Positions 23,601-32,000 of a stretch of DNA of 32,000 nucleotides are shown here, piece by piece. Position numbers and translations under genes: made by a program. This DNA is from Pseudodesulfovibrio mercurii (GTDB taxonomy: Bacteria; Desulfobacterota; Desulfovibrionia; Desulfovibrionales; Desulfovibrionaceae). The first letter of the stretch is position 1; every line of letters begins with the position of its first letter. The DNA lies in contig NC_016803.1 in assembly GCF_000189295.2 (NCBI RefSeq), positions 420,001-452,000 of the forward strand, written 5' to 3'. The notes beneath the pieces were generated by a model. That model had not been told where the DNA came from. It saw only the letters and a list, made by a program, of their open reading frames with translations, and did not search any database.

Positions 23601-24143
23601 ATGGCTGATGAAGCGCTGAAAGACATCAATCAGTTTTTGACCTTCACGCTGGGCAAGGAGATCTTCGCCCTGGACATCGGCACCGTCCGCGAGGTCCTGG
23701 AGCTGACCTCCATCACCAAGATTCCGAGGACGCCCAAATTCATGCGCGGGGTCATCAACCTGCGCGGGCACGCCGTGCCCGTGGTGGACATGCGCCTCAA
23801 GCTGGGCATGTCCAAGGGCGAGGACACGGTGGATACCTGCATCATCATCGTGGAGATCGAGTACGAGGGCGAGTTCACGGTCATGGGAGCGCTGGTCGAT
23901 TCGGTGCGCGAGGTCTTCGAGATGACCCCGGACACCATCGAGCCGGCCCCGAAGATGGGCGCGGCCATCAACGCCGAGTACATCAAGGGCATGGGCCGCC
24001 AGAACGAGCAGTTCATCATCATCATCGACATCAACAAGATCTTCTCCGCCGAGGAGCTGGCCATCGCCAAGGACATGGCCGGACTGGGCGGAGCCGACCG
24101 GGCCCCGGCACCGGAAGAGGCCGCCGCACAGGCCCAGGCGTAG
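23601..24143 (+). CDS. cheW: Chemotaxis coupling protein CheW
   Basis: ATG at 23601; the track ORF starts at an upstream TTG. QFLTFTLGKEIFALDIGTVREVLE...ITKIPRTPKFMRGVINLRGHAVPVVDMR...IIIIDINKIFS is a full CheW domain. Confidence 0.93.
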   Translation: MADEALKDINQFLTFTLGKEIFALDIGTVREVLELTSITKIPRTPKFMRGVINLRGHAVPVVDMRLKLGMSKGEDTVDTCIIIVEIEYEGEFTVMGALVDSVREVFEMTPDTIEPAPKMGAAINAEYIKGMGRQNEQFIIIIDINKIFSAEELAIAKDMAGLGGADRAPAPEEAAAQAQA

Positions 24144-24157
24144 AACCGCAACAAAAA

Positions 24158-24184
24158 CCCCCGTCCGGAAGGGCGGGGGTTTTT
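24158..24184. terminator. Bidirectional terminator between cheW and the Smr gene
   Basis: CCCCCGTCC / GGGCGGGGG stem (one G-U pair) with a GGAA loop, a TTTTT tail and AAAAA upstream. Confidence 0.8.
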
Positions 24185-24203
24185 CGTCCGGGCCGGTTTT
24201 CGG

Positions 24204-24926
24204 CTATTCCTCCCAGTTCATCATCTTGTCCCAGCGGACCTTGCCTTCGGTCTTCTTCTGCTTGCGCAGCAGGACGTAGAGGGCGCCCGCGCCGCCGTGC
24301 TTGGGTTGGGCCGTGCAGAAGGCCAGGACCACGCGCCGAAGCGGCTCCTTGGTCAGCCAGGCCTCGGCCTCGGAGCGCAGGATGGGCTGGCCGCCCGGCG
24401 AGTTCTTGCCCCGGCCGGTGACCACCAGCACGCAGCGGTGCCCCTGGAGATAGGATTCGCGGATGAAGAAGAGCAGGGAGTCCCGCGCCTGGTCCGAGGT
24501 CATGCCGTGCAGGTCCAGGTGCCCGGCCACGCTCAGGGAACCGGCCTTGAGCCGCTGGAATATCTTGATGTCCAGGCCGCGCACGTAGCCGTACATGAAC
24601 TCGTCCGTGTATTCGAGCTCGAACTCGATGTCCCCGCGCATGAAGCGGGCCAGGTCGTTTCCGGCCTCCTCCTCGGGCGAGAGCGCCCGGTTCGGCCCCG
24701 TCTGCACGGCAGGGGGCACCTTGCGGCCGCCCTGGCCGTCCATGGGCTTCACCCCGTGCATGGCGGCCATGAACATTTCCTCGTCATACGAGTCCTCCTC
24801 GGGGTTGACATTTTCCTTTGGGGCCGCATTTTTCTCGTACGGAAGTGAATAGACGTCCTCTTTTTCCTTCTTGAACTTGATCTGCTTGAGATCGCCAAGG
24901 TCGTTCATGCGTTTTTTGGCCATCAT
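24204..24926 (-). CDS. Smr (MutS2 C-terminal-like) domain protein
   Basis: The 331-aa track ORF was trimmed to MMAKKRMNDLG. The C-terminal Smr domain is LDLHGMTSDQARDSLLFFIRESYLQGHRCVLVVTGRGKNS...ILRSEAEAWL. Confidence 0.85.
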   Translation of the reverse strand: MMAKKRMNDLGDLKQIKFKKEKEDVYSLPYEKNAAPKENVNPEEDSYDEEMFMAAMHGVKPMDGQGGRKVPPAVQTGPNRALSPEEEAGNDLARFMRGDIEFELEYTDEFMYGYVRGLDIKIFQRLKAGSLSVAGHLDLHGMTSDQARDSLLFFIRESYLQGHRCVLVVTGRGKNSPGGQPILRSEAEAWLTKEPLRRVVLAFCTAQPKHGGAGALYVLLRKQKKTEGKVRWDKMMNWEE

Positions 24927-25065
24927 GTACCTGCCTTTGGTCGAACCGAGTATATTGAAACCCGCGTGGGTTGGCGGCTGGTGCCATCCGGCGAAGCTAT
25001 CGCTGGACTTCCGCGACGTGCTTGAGTAATGAGCCTGTTGCACATCATTCAAAGCGAGGAAACAC

Positions 25066-25824
25066 ATGCTGACCATTGAAGACTTGCATGTCAACATCGG
25101 CGACAAAGAGGTCCTGCGAGGGATCGATCTCGAGATAAATGACGGGGAGACCTTCATCCTGTTCGGACCCAACGGCTCCGGCAAGACCTCCCTGCTCATG
25201 ACCCTGATGGGCTTTTCCGGCTATGAGGTGACCAGGGGCAAAATAACCTTCCAGGGCCGGGACATCACCAACGCGCCCATGTACGAGCGCGCCCGCCTGG
25301 GCATGGGCATGTCCTTCCAGCGTCCGCCGACCATCCACGGCCTGCGCACCCGCCACCTGGTGCAGATGTGCTCGCGCAAGGGCCACGTCAACGCCGACCT
25401 GCTGGCCGAGATCGTGAACATGGGCGATTTCCTCGACCGCGACATCAACGCGGGTTTTTCCGGCGGCGAGATCAAGCGTTCGGAACTGCTCCAGCTCATG
25501 GCCCAGCAACCCGACCTGGTGCTCTTCGACGAGCCCGAGTCCGGCGTGGACATGGAGAACATGCAGCTCGTCGGCAAGGTCGCCCGCGACGTCCTGGACG
25601 GCAAGTTCAGCGTGGCCCCGGACCTGAGCCTCAAGGAGCGCAAGGAGCGGGTCAAGACCTCCGGGCTGATCATCACCCACACCGGGTACATCCTCGACTA
25701 CGTGAACGCCGACCGGGGCCAGGTCCTGTACCAGGGCCATCTGTGCTGCGAAGGCCGCCCCCGCGACATTCTGGACCACATTCGGGAGCACGGCTACCAG
25801 GAATGTGTCCGCTGCATGAACTAG
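25066..25824 (+). CDS. sufC: Fe-S cluster assembly ATPase SufC (minimal SufCB/SMS type) with a C-terminal Cys motif
   Basis: 252 aa. Walker A GPNGSGKTS, ABC signature FSGGEIKR, Walker B LVLFDEPESGVD and H-loop ITHTG. The extra C-terminal HLCCEG...ECVRCMN is not part of a canonical SufC. Confidence 0.9.
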   Translation: MLTIEDLHVNIGDKEVLRGIDLEINDGETFILFGPNGSGKTSLLMTLMGFSGYEVTRGKITFQGRDITNAPMYERARLGMGMSFQRPPTIHGLRTRHLVQMCSRKGHVNADLLAEIVNMGDFLDRDINAGFSGGEIKRSELLQLMAQQPDLVLFDEPESGVDMENMQLVGKVARDVLDGKFSVAPDLSLKERKERVKTSGLIITHTGYILDYVNADRGQVLYQGHLCCEGRPRDILDHIREHGYQECVRCMN

Positions 25825-25846
25825 CCGTCGGCACGGGAGAATTGAT

Positions 25847-27007
25847 ATGAGCAAAGTCGATCTGAAGGATTTCAAGTTTGACGGCCTCAAGCAGGAGGCC
25901 ATCGCCGATCTGAACGCCCTGTCCGACGCGGACAAGGACCAGCTCCTCATGGCGGGCGTGGTTTCGGACCTGTCCACCCGTTCCGCCTCCTACCTGCAGA
26001 TGGACCAGTCCGCGGTCCATTGCCAGTCCCGGGACGAGAACGTTGAGATCATGGACATCAAGGATGCCCTCAAGAAGTACGACGGCCTCAAGGAGTACTT
26101 CTGGACCCTGGTGGACAAGGACAAGGACGAGTTCACCCGGTCCGCCTACGACAACCTGCACGGCGGCTACTTCATCCGGGTCAAGGCCGGGGCCAAGATC
26201 AAGGACCCGATCCAGTCCTGTCTCATGCTCAAGTCCGAGAACGTGGGCCAGAACGTCCACAACCTCGTGATCATCGAGGAGGGGGCCGAGGCGCACATCA
26301 TCACCGGCTGTTCCGTGGCCCACGGCACGCGGCACGGCGCGCACCTGGGCATCTCCGAGTTTTTCGTCGGGAAAAACGCCTCCCTGACCTTCACCATGGT
26401 CCACAACTGGTCCGACGCCGTGGCCGTGCGGCCGCGTTCGGCGGGCAAGGTGGAGGAGGGCGGCAAGTTCCTGAACAACTACGTGCTGCTCAAGCCGGTC
26501 AAGGACCTGCAGATGTACCCCTCCATCACCCTGGACGGTGCGGACGCCGTGGCCCGCTTCAACTCCGTAGTGGTGGCCACCGAAGGCTCGCTCCTGGACA
26601 TGGGCAACCGCGTGATCATGAACGCCCCGAACACCCGGTGCGAGATCATCGCCCGGACCATCGCCTCGGGCGGGACCATCATCAGCCGGGGGCACATCGC
26701 CGCCCACAACGTGCCGAGCAAGGGCCACCTGGAATGTCAGGGGCTGATCCTCGGCGGCGGCCGCATCTGGGCCATCCCCGAGCTGGACGGCACCGTGGAG
26801 GGCGTGGAGCTCTCCCACGAGGCCTCGGTGGGCAAGATCGCCCAGGAGGAGATCGAGTATCTCATGGCCCGCGGCATGGACGAGGACGAGGCCACCTCGA
26901 CCATCGTGCGCGGCTTCCTGAACACCGACATCATGGGGCTGCCCGACCGTTTGCAACAGGAAATCGACAAGCAGATCGAGGAGTTGCAGACGTCCGACGT
27001 GATGTAG
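25847..27007 (+). CDS. sufB: SufB/SufD-family Fe-S scaffold protein (short form)
   Basis: 386 aa. The beta-helix core carries SufB/D C-terminal motifs (EGSLLDMGNRVIMNAPNTRCEIIARTIA..GHLECQGLIL...IPELDGTVEGVELSHEASVGKIAQEEIEYLMARGMDEDEATSTIVRGF). The start lies 22 nt after the sufC stop. Confidence 0.9.
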   Translation: MSKVDLKDFKFDGLKQEAIADLNALSDADKDQLLMAGVVSDLSTRSASYLQMDQSAVHCQSRDENVEIMDIKDALKKYDGLKEYFWTLVDKDKDEFTRSAYDNLHGGYFIRVKAGAKIKDPIQSCLMLKSENVGQNVHNLVIIEEGAEAHIITGCSVAHGTRHGAHLGISEFFVGKNASLTFTMVHNWSDAVAVRPRSAGKVEEGGKFLNNYVLLKPVKDLQMYPSITLDGADAVARFNSVVVATEGSLLDMGNRVIMNAPNTRCEIIARTIASGGTIISRGHIAAHNVPSKGHLECQGLILGGGRIWAIPELDGTVEGVELSHEASVGKIAQEEIEYLMARGMDEDEATSTIVRGFLNTDIMGLPDRLQQEIDKQIEELQTSDVM

Positions 27008-27027
27008 CCCATCCCTGCGCATCCATT

Positions 27028-27063
27028 GGGGGCGGCGGCTTCGGCCACCGCCCCCTTTTTTTT
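27028..27063 (+). terminator. Rho-independent terminator after sufB
   Basis: GGGGGCGGcGGC / GCCaCCGCCCCC stem with a TTCG loop and T8 tail. Confidence 0.8.
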
Positions 27064-27087
27064 GCCGATCCGGGACGGAATTAGCCC

Positions 27088-27116
27088 TTGAACAAACCGG
27101 ATTGACGTACTAATCA
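27088..27116 (+). promoter_or_regulatory. Candidate sigma-70 promoter for tetR (TTGAAC-N17-TAATCA)
   Basis: It shares the ACTAATCAA block and the spacing with the ilv leader promoter candidate. It is overlapped by the inverted repeat ATTGA-N8-TCAAT (27101-27118), a possible TetR operator. Confidence 0.35.
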
Positions 27117-27161
27117 ATGGCATTCATTTCTTAAGGAAAAGCGATCGACAGGGAGTGCCGA

Positions 27162-27731
27162 ATGACGAAGAAGGAAGGAATCCTGCTGGCAGCCCAGGAA
27201 CTGTTCGCCCGTTGCGGCTATGCGGGCACGACCATGAAAATGGTCGCCGAGCAGGCCGGCGTGGCCTCGGGCCTGGTCTTTCACTACTACGATTCCAAGG
27301 AAAATCTGTTCATGGAGGCCGGGGCGGAGCTGATCAACGACATGGTCGGCGCGCTGCACCAGGCCACGGACGGGACGAGCACCGGCTGCGAGGCCATGGG
27401 CACCTTTGTCCGGGCCTACCTGGACTTCACCATCGAGCATGAGAAGACCTTTCCCACGATCATCCGTTGTTCGCCCTTCAGCGACGACAACCCGGACCTG
27501 GACCGCGAGAAGATCGCGGCCAAGTTCCTGGATCTCATCTACATCATAGAGGATATTCTGCGGCGGGGGATCGCGGACGGTTCCATCAAGGCACTGCCCG
27601 TGGCCCAGACGGCCTTCATGGTCTACGGCGTCATCGTCGGCGCGGTGCGCACCCGGTTCCTGACGCCCTACGACATCCCCGGCCTGTTCGCCGAAGCCAG
27701 GGAGTTCGTCCTGCGCAGCATCTGCGTCTAG
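27162..27731 (+). CDS. TetR/AcrR-family transcriptional regulator
   Basis: 189 aa. The N-terminal HTH is ILLAAQELFARCGYAGTTMKMVAEQAGVASGLVFHYYDSKENLF. GGGAG RBS. Confidence 0.9.
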   Translation: MTKKEGILLAAQELFARCGYAGTTMKMVAEQAGVASGLVFHYYDSKENLFMEAGAELINDMVGALHQATDGTSTGCEAMGTFVRAYLDFTIEHEKTFPTIIRCSPFSDDNPDLDREKIAAKFLDLIYIIEDILRRGIADGSIKALPVAQTAFMVYGVIVGAVRTRFLTPYDIPGLFAEAREFVLRSICV

Positions 27732-27754
27732 GATGCGGCGCTCCGTTTCTTCGC

Positions 27755-28210
27755 ATGCCTGATTACAGGGGACACCTGGCCGGAGGGCTGTTTTTCGGCG
27801 TCATGGGGCTGGTGGGGGTGATCCTGCTGGGCTGGATGGTCTTCGACCCGCTCCAGGCCGCCGGACTGCTCGGTTTCTGCCTGCTCGGGGCGCTCTTTCC
27901 GGACGTGGACACCAACTCCAAGGGCCAGAACCTCTATTACGCGGTCTTCGTGCTCGTGGACCTGGGGCTGATCATCAAGGGGCTCTACGTCTGGGCCGCC
28001 TGGTTCGGGCTCTTCTCCATGCTCCCGGCCGTGGGCACGCACCGGGGCTGGACGCACACCTGGTGGGCCATGGCCCTGGTGCCGCTGCCCATCCTGGTCA
28101 TCCCCCTCTTCATGCAGACGCAGGGGCTGGTCCAGCACTTCGCGCCGTTCTACGCCGCCTTTGTGCTGGGCTACCTCTCCCACCTGATCCTGGACGGAAA
28201 ATTCAAGTGA
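27755..28210 (+). CDS. Membrane-bound metal-dependent hydrolase, YdjM/DUF457 family
   Basis: The track ORF was trimmed to MPDYRGHLAGG. Family motifs H...LFPDVD...HRGWTHT...GYLSHLILD are present, with four hydrophobic segments. The start lies 23 nt after the tetR stop. Confidence 0.75.
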   Translation: MPDYRGHLAGGLFFGVMGLVGVILLGWMVFDPLQAAGLLGFCLLGALFPDVDTNSKGQNLYYAVFVLVDLGLIIKGLYVWAAWFGLFSMLPAVGTHRGWTHTWWAMALVPLPILVIPLFMQTQGLVQHFAPFYAAFVLGYLSHLILDGKFK

Positions 28211-28248
28211 TTCCGGTGAGCGGGACGTGATCATCCCGCCCGGTCCGC

Positions 28249-29307
28249 TCAGTGCCGCAGGCCCTTGTACAGGGCCATGTAGCGGTCGGCCATGGTCTTG
28301 TCCGTGTAGCGGAGGACCGATTCCGCGCCGCCCGCGACCAGCCGGTCGCTCAGGGCCTTGTCGTTGACCACGCGGACGATGCACGCCGCCAGGTCGGCCG
28401 CGTCGCGGTTCTTGAAGACCAGACCGTCGCGCTCGTGGGTGACCAGTTCGAGGTTGGAGGGCAGGTCCGAGGTGATCACCGGGGTCCGGGTGGCCCAGCC
28501 CTCCTTGATGACCGCGTTGGAGCCCTCGCCGTCCACGGACGGGACGGTCAGGACGTCGATCTCGGGCAGGACCTCGCGGCTGTCGCGGTAGCCCAGGAAG
28601 AGGATGGAGTCCGCCAGGTTCAGCTTTTCCGCCTGGCGCTTCAGGTCCTGCTGCATGGGGCCTTCGCCCGCGATCATGCACTGCCAGTCGGGCATGTCCG
28701 GGGACTTGCGCAGATGAGCCAACGCTTCGATAAGGACCTCGAAGCCCTTCTGGGAGCTGAGGGCCCCCACGGCGCCCACGGTCAGCACCGGGTGGTGGCG
28801 CGGCTCGGCGGTGTACATGGCCGGGTCGATGCCGCTGTGGATGACCGTGGTCTTTTCCTCGGGCACGCCGCAGCCCACCAGGACCTCCTGGATTTCGCGG
28901 CTGACGGCCACCAGGACGTCGCCGAGCAGGTACTTGTTCTTGCTCCAGCCCGGCTTGAGCTTGTAGGACACGCGGCGGCTATGGACCAGCCGGAAGGTGT
29001 TGCGCAGCTTCTTGGCCAGGGCCCCCAGGGAGGCCCCCTTGGCGTCGTTGGTGTGGACCACGTCCGGTTTGAAGGACTTGACCAGGCTCAGCACCCGCAG
29101 GATGTTCAACGGATTGTAGTCGCTGTTCGAGGGCAGTTCGGTGAAGGGTATGCCGTCGGTCAGGAGCAGGGGCTTGAGGGGGGAGTCGCCGGGTATGGCC
29201 ACCAGGGGGTCGAACCCCTCGGCACGGTGCAGGGCACGCGCCAGATAATAGACCTGGCGCTGGCCGCCGCGCATGATCTTGCCCAGGTCGAGTAACAGAA
29301 CCTTCAA
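28249..29307 (-). CDS. Glycosyltransferase family 4 (GT-B fold)
   Basis: 352 aa. The N-terminal sugar-acceptor domain starts GGQRQVYYLARAL. The C-terminal domain shows the E-x7-E-like region (PSVDGEGSNAVIKEGWATRTPVITSD...LV). The start lies 12 nt after the sucCD stop. Confidence 0.9.
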   Translation of the reverse strand: MKVLLLDLGKIMRGGQRQVYYLARALHRAEGFDPLVAIPGDSPLKPLLLTDGIPFTELPSNSDYNPLNILRVLSLVKSFKPDVVHTNDAKGASLGALAKKLRNTFRLVHSRRVSYKLKPGWSKNKYLLGDVLVAVSREIQEVLVGCGVPEEKTTVIHSGIDPAMYTAEPRHHPVLTVGAVGALSSQKGFEVLIEALAHLRKSPDMPDWQCMIAGEGPMQQDLKRQAEKLNLADSILFLGYRDSREVLPEIDVLTVPSVDGEGSNAVIKEGWATRTPVITSDLPSNLELVTHERDGLVFKNRDAADLAACIVRVVNDKALSDRLVAGGAESVLRYTDKTMADRYMALYKGLRH

Positions 29308-29319
29308 CGTGAACCTCTT

Positions 29320-31398
29320 TTATTTCAACGCCCTGGCCGTTGTCTCGGCAACGGCTTCCAGGCTGGGGCAGACCGCGAATCCGGCCCTGCCCATGGTTTC
29401 GAGCTTGTCCTTGATGCCGCCGCCGTTGGCCAGGATGGCTCCGGCGTGGCCCAGTCGTTTGCCCGCGGGGGCGGTCTGGCCGGCGATGAACGAGATGACC
29501 GGTTTGTCGAATCCCGTGCGGACGACGTATTCAGCCAGATTCTCCTCCGCCTGTCCACCGATTTCACCAAGCACGACCACGGCCCTGGTTTCGTCGTGAT
29601 TGCGTATCATTTCGAACATATCCACGAAATCGACCCCGATGAACGGGTCGCCGCCGATGCCCACGCACAGGGATTGGCCGATTCCGGCCCTGGTCAGGCG
29701 GTCGGCCACCTCGTAGGTCAGGGTGCCGCTGCGGGAGAGCACGGCCACGGGGCCGGGCATGAAGGGCATGGTCGGCATGATCCCGATCTTGGTCCGGCCG
29801 GGGACGATGACGCCCGGCGTGTTCGGGCCGACGATCCGGGTGGGCGAGCCCTTGGCCTGCTCGAAGGCGGCCAGCATGTCGTGCTGGGTGATGCCCTCGG
29901 TGATGCACACGGTCCAGGGGATTTCGTTGCGCACGGCCTCGGCCACGGCGTCGGCGGCCATGCGCGGGGGCACGAAGATGATGGACGCCCCGATGTCGTG
30001 GGCACGCGCGGCCTGGGCGATGGAGTCGTAGACCGGCACGCCGAGGACTTCCTGGCCGCCCTTGAACGGGGTCACGCCCGCCACCACGTTGGCCCCGTAC
30101 TCCTGCATGAGCCGGGTGTGCAGCTGGCCTTCGCGGCCGGTGATGCCCTGGACCAGGATGGGGGTGTCCGCGTCGATGGGGAAGACGGCCTCGCTTTTCC
30201 AGCCCGTGGGCCGGGGGCGCGGGCCCAGGGGGATGTCCGGCGGGGCGGGGTAGTCCACGGGCTCGGTCCGGGCCGGGCGGATGGTGTCCAGGATGGCGAT
30301 GGCCGCCTGCATGTCCCCGGCCATGTGCAGGTTGTTCACGTTGAGTTCGCGCAGGATCTCCAGGCCCTGAAGGGCGTCCTTGCCGGACATGCGGACCACG
30401 ATGGGTTTTTTCGGGGACTGTCCCCCGAGTGCGCCCTTCATGGCCTGGGCGACCTTTTCGCAGGAGAGTATCCCGCCGAAGAGATTGATGAAGATCGCCT
30501 GGACCCGGTGGTCGCCGAAGAGCAGCTCCAGGGCGGTCTCCATGCGTTTCTGGTCGGCCCCGCCGCCCAGGTCCAGGAAGTTGCTGGCGGGCAGACCGGA
30601 GAAATTGAGCAGGTCCATGGTGGCCATGGCCAGCCCCGCGCCGTTGACCATCAGCCCCACCCAGCCGGGCAGCCGGACAAAGGAGAGCCCGGCGTCGCGG
30701 GCCATGTTTTCCTCGGGGGTGGCGTGCTCGGGCCGGTAGTAGGCCCCGGCCTCGGGGTGCAGGTCCACGAAGTTGTCGTCCATCTCCACCTTGCCGTCCA
30801 GGGCCACCAGCCGGTCGTCCGGGGTGACGATCAGGGGGTTGATCTCGGCCAGAAGCAGCCCGTTGTCGAGCATGCAGCGGAACAGGGTGTCCAACAATTC
30901 GCTGAAATCCTTGAACAGCTCCCTGGGGAGGCCGAGGTGGAAGAAGGCCGCCCGGACCTGGTGGGGGGCCATGCCGCCGGGCAGGGTGATGGGCTGGACC
31001 AGGAGGTTGTCCTGCCCCAGCTTCTCTATCTCCACGCCGCCCTTGCGGCCCGCGGTGAGCAGGATGCAGCGCCGCTCGCGGGACACGGTCAGGGAGAGGT
31101 AGCATTCCCGGGCGATGGCCTCGCCCGGCTCCACCCGGATGTAGGGGACCGCCTCGCCCCGGATGTCGCGGCCGAAGAGCTTGCGGGCCCGGGCCGGAAA
31201 GTCGGCGGGGTCGTCGATGCGCAGGATGCCTCCGGCCTTGCCCCGTCCGCCGGACAGGACCTGGGCCTTGAGAAACCAGGGCAGGGGATAGTCGGGTGCG
31301 AAGTCGTCTTCCTCACCGGGGAAGACCGCCGCGCCTTGCGGGACGGGGATGCGGGCCTTGTCGAAGAGGAGTTTGCTGTGGTGTTCGTCGAGTAGCAT
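29320..31398 (-). CDS. sucCD: Fused succinate--CoA ligase-like protein (beta ATP-grasp subunit fused to alpha CoA-binding subunit)
   Basis: 692 aa. The N-terminal part is SucC-like ([50 protein letters not shown]). A Pro-rich linker follows. The C-terminal part is SucD-like ([20 protein letters not shown], catalytic His in GHAGAI). AGGAG RBS. Confidence 0.9.
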   Translation of the reverse strand: MLLDEHHSKLLFDKARIPVPQGAAVFPGEEDDFAPDYPLPWFLKAQVLSGGRGKAGGILRIDDPADFPARARKLFGRDIRGEAVPYIRVEPGEAIARECYLSLTVSRERRCILLTAGRKGGVEIEKLGQDNLLVQPITLPGGMAPHQVRAAFFHLGLPRELFKDFSELLDTLFRCMLDNGLLLAEINPLIVTPDDRLVALDGKVEMDDNFVDLHPEAGAYYRPEHATPEENMARDAGLSFVRLPGWVGLMVNGAGLAMATMDLLNFSGLPASNFLDLGGGADQKRMETALELLFGDHRVQAIFINLFGGILSCEKVAQAMKGALGGQSPKKPIVVRMSGKDALQGLEILRELNVNNLHMAGDMQAAIAILDTIRPARTEPVDYPAPPDIPLGPRPRPTGWKSEAVFPIDADTPILVQGITGREGQLHTRLMQEYGANVVAGVTPFKGGQEVLGVPVYDSIAQAARAHDIGASIIFVPPRMAADAVAEAVRNEIPWTVCITEGITQHDMLAAFEQAKGSPTRIVGPNTPGVIVPGRTKIGIMPTMPFMPGPVAVLSRSGTLTYEVADRLTRAGIGQSLCVGIGGDPFIGVDFVDMFEMIRNHDETRAVVVLGEIGGQAEENLAEYVVRTGFDKPVISFIAGQTAPAGKRLGHAGAILANGGGIKDKLETMGRAGFAVCPSLEAVAETTARALK

Positions 31399-31472
31399 GA
31401 ACGGCTCCTGGTCTTGGCTTATGGGTCGCTGGCACTTTAGTGGGTTTGAGCGCCTGAATCAATGTAAATATA

Positions 31473-31501
31473 TTGACCATGAAGTAATTTGGAGGGAAAA
31501 T
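31473..31501 (+). promoter_or_regulatory. Candidate sigma-70 promoter (TTGACC-N17-GAAAAT) for the truncated downstream gene
   Basis: Read directly from the sequence. It lies ~40 nt upstream of the GTG start at 31542. Confidence 0.3.
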
Positions 31502-31541
31502 ATGATTTGTGGGTGCAAAAAAGCCCTGAAGCGGAGGAATC

Positions 31542-32000
31542 GTGTCTGATCTCAGTGATTTTGCCGACCAGTTGCAGATGGACGTCATCTCGGACATGGC
31601 CGAGAGCTATTTCGGCAACAGGAAGGAGCTGGACTACGCCCTGGAGGCCTTCGCCGGCATGGTCGAGGAACTGCTGCCCGTGATCGAGCGGATGTTCCGG
31701 GCGGCCGCGACCCTGCGCCTCCTGCTCCTGGACGAGGCCACGGCCGATGCCTTCTGCGCCGAGCTGGGCCTTGATCCCGCGCGCATCCCGCCGGACGAGG
31801 GGGCCGAAATCCTGGTCCACGAGGCCGTGCCCTTCGCCCTGACCGGCAAGGGACGGTACGCGGTCTGCGTGGAGACGGCCTACCGGGGGCTCTACGACGC
31901 CATCCACGAATATCTCAACGGCCGGTACTACAACGATCCCAATCGGCCGGGCCGCAAGCGCGTGACCATGCACTACAAGCGGCTCGAGGAGATCGCCGGG
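31542..32000 (+). CDS. Hypothetical protein, N-terminal 153 aa (runs off the window end)
   Basis: GTG with GGAGG 5 nt upstream, and the frame is open to the window edge (absent from the ORF track). Translation: VSDLSDFADQLQMDVISDMAESYFGNRKELDYALEAFAGMVEELLPVIERMFRAAATLRLLLLDEATADAFCAELGLDPARIPPDEG...NDPNRPGRKRVTMHYKRLEEIAG. There is strong GC3 bias. No family recognised. The 178-aa minus-strand ORF opposite looks like a shadow frame. Confidence 0.5.
   Translation, partial: MSDLSDFADQLQMDVISDMAESYFGNRKELDYALEAFAGMVEELLPVIERMFRAAATLRLLLLDEATADAFCAELGLDPARIPPDEGAEILVHEAVPFALTGKGRYAVCVETAYRGLYDAIHEYLNGRYYNDPNRPGRKRVTMHYKRLEEIAG

Noticed and set aside
23062-23771. ORFs 23062-23247 and 23319-23771 on the minus strand.
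   Set aside because: They run through tRNA-Thr, tRNA-Pro and the cheW promoter and 5' region. They are explained by the tRNA genes and by the cheW antisense frame.
31459-31477. TCAAT-N8-ATTGA inverted repeat in the sucCD / hypothetical spacer, as a possible second site for the TetR regulator (compare ATTGA-N8-TCAAT at 27101-27118).
   Set aside because: The arm order is swapped, so the two are not the same operator. Arms of 5 bp in AT-rich promoter DNA are easily explained by chance.
1-32000. Mobile elements, prophage remnants, defence islands, toxin-antitoxin pairs and secondary-metabolite clusters.
   Set aside because: No integrase, transposase, recombinase, nuclease-helicase, methyltransferase or phage-like genes are recognisable. 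Composition and GC3 bias look uniform by eye. The tRNA pair is not flanked by direct repeats or foreign-looking genes. The window behaves as core genome.

Overview
This is a GC-rich, densely coding chromosomal segment. It reads like core genome of a Desulfovibrio-type sulfate-reducing anaerobe. That taxon call is an inference from gene content: NIL-ferredoxin, nifU-nifS-cysK-cysE, a minimal sufCB pair, fused sucCD and a remote cheZ. All product calls rest on motif and family recognition by eye from the supplied translations; no searches were run.

Gene order, left to right:
- nadC (5' end, minus strand), divergent from mgtE.
- A 6.3-kb co-directional minus-strand string: ileS, lspA, PLDc_N membrane peptide, YbgF/CpoB-like lipoprotein, NIL-ferredoxin, PilZ, cheZ.
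- A TPR protein.
- nifU-nifS-cysK-cysE (minus strand), then a DUF493/YbeD-like gene.
- A REC-PAS-GGDEF-EAL protein.
- hsp20 plus a Lon-like protease.
- A Val-rich leader peptide and attenuator, then ilvB and ilvN.
- A flagellin-like gene behind a near-consensus sigma-28 promoter.
- tRNA-Thr(GGU) and tRNA-Pro(GGG).
- cheW, an Smr-domain gene, sufC-sufB, tetR plus a YdjM-like hydrolase, a GT4 glycosyltransferase, fused sucC-sucD, and a truncated hypothetical gene.
- Most convergent junctions carry clear GC-stem/T-tract terminators.

I see no transposase, integrase, CRISPR array, restriction-modification, toxin-antitoxin or recognisable defence genes, so this does not look like an accessory island.

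The observations most worth a second look are:
1. The sigma-28-driven divergent flagellin-like protein.
2. The hsp20 plus Lon-like protease pair, whose Walker A and B motifs look inactivated while the Ser-Lys protease site is intact.
3. A ~120-nt structured intergenic element present in two diverged, oppositely oriented copies (1708-1828 and 21869-21990), with a G-tract/tandem-repeat block next to the second copy.
4. An enterobacterial-style Val-codon attenuator in front of ilvBN.
5. The PilZ-CheZ pair.
6. Extra Cys motifs in CysE and SufC, both sitting in Fe-S assembly operons.

The many long antisense ORFs in the track are GC-driven shadow frames.
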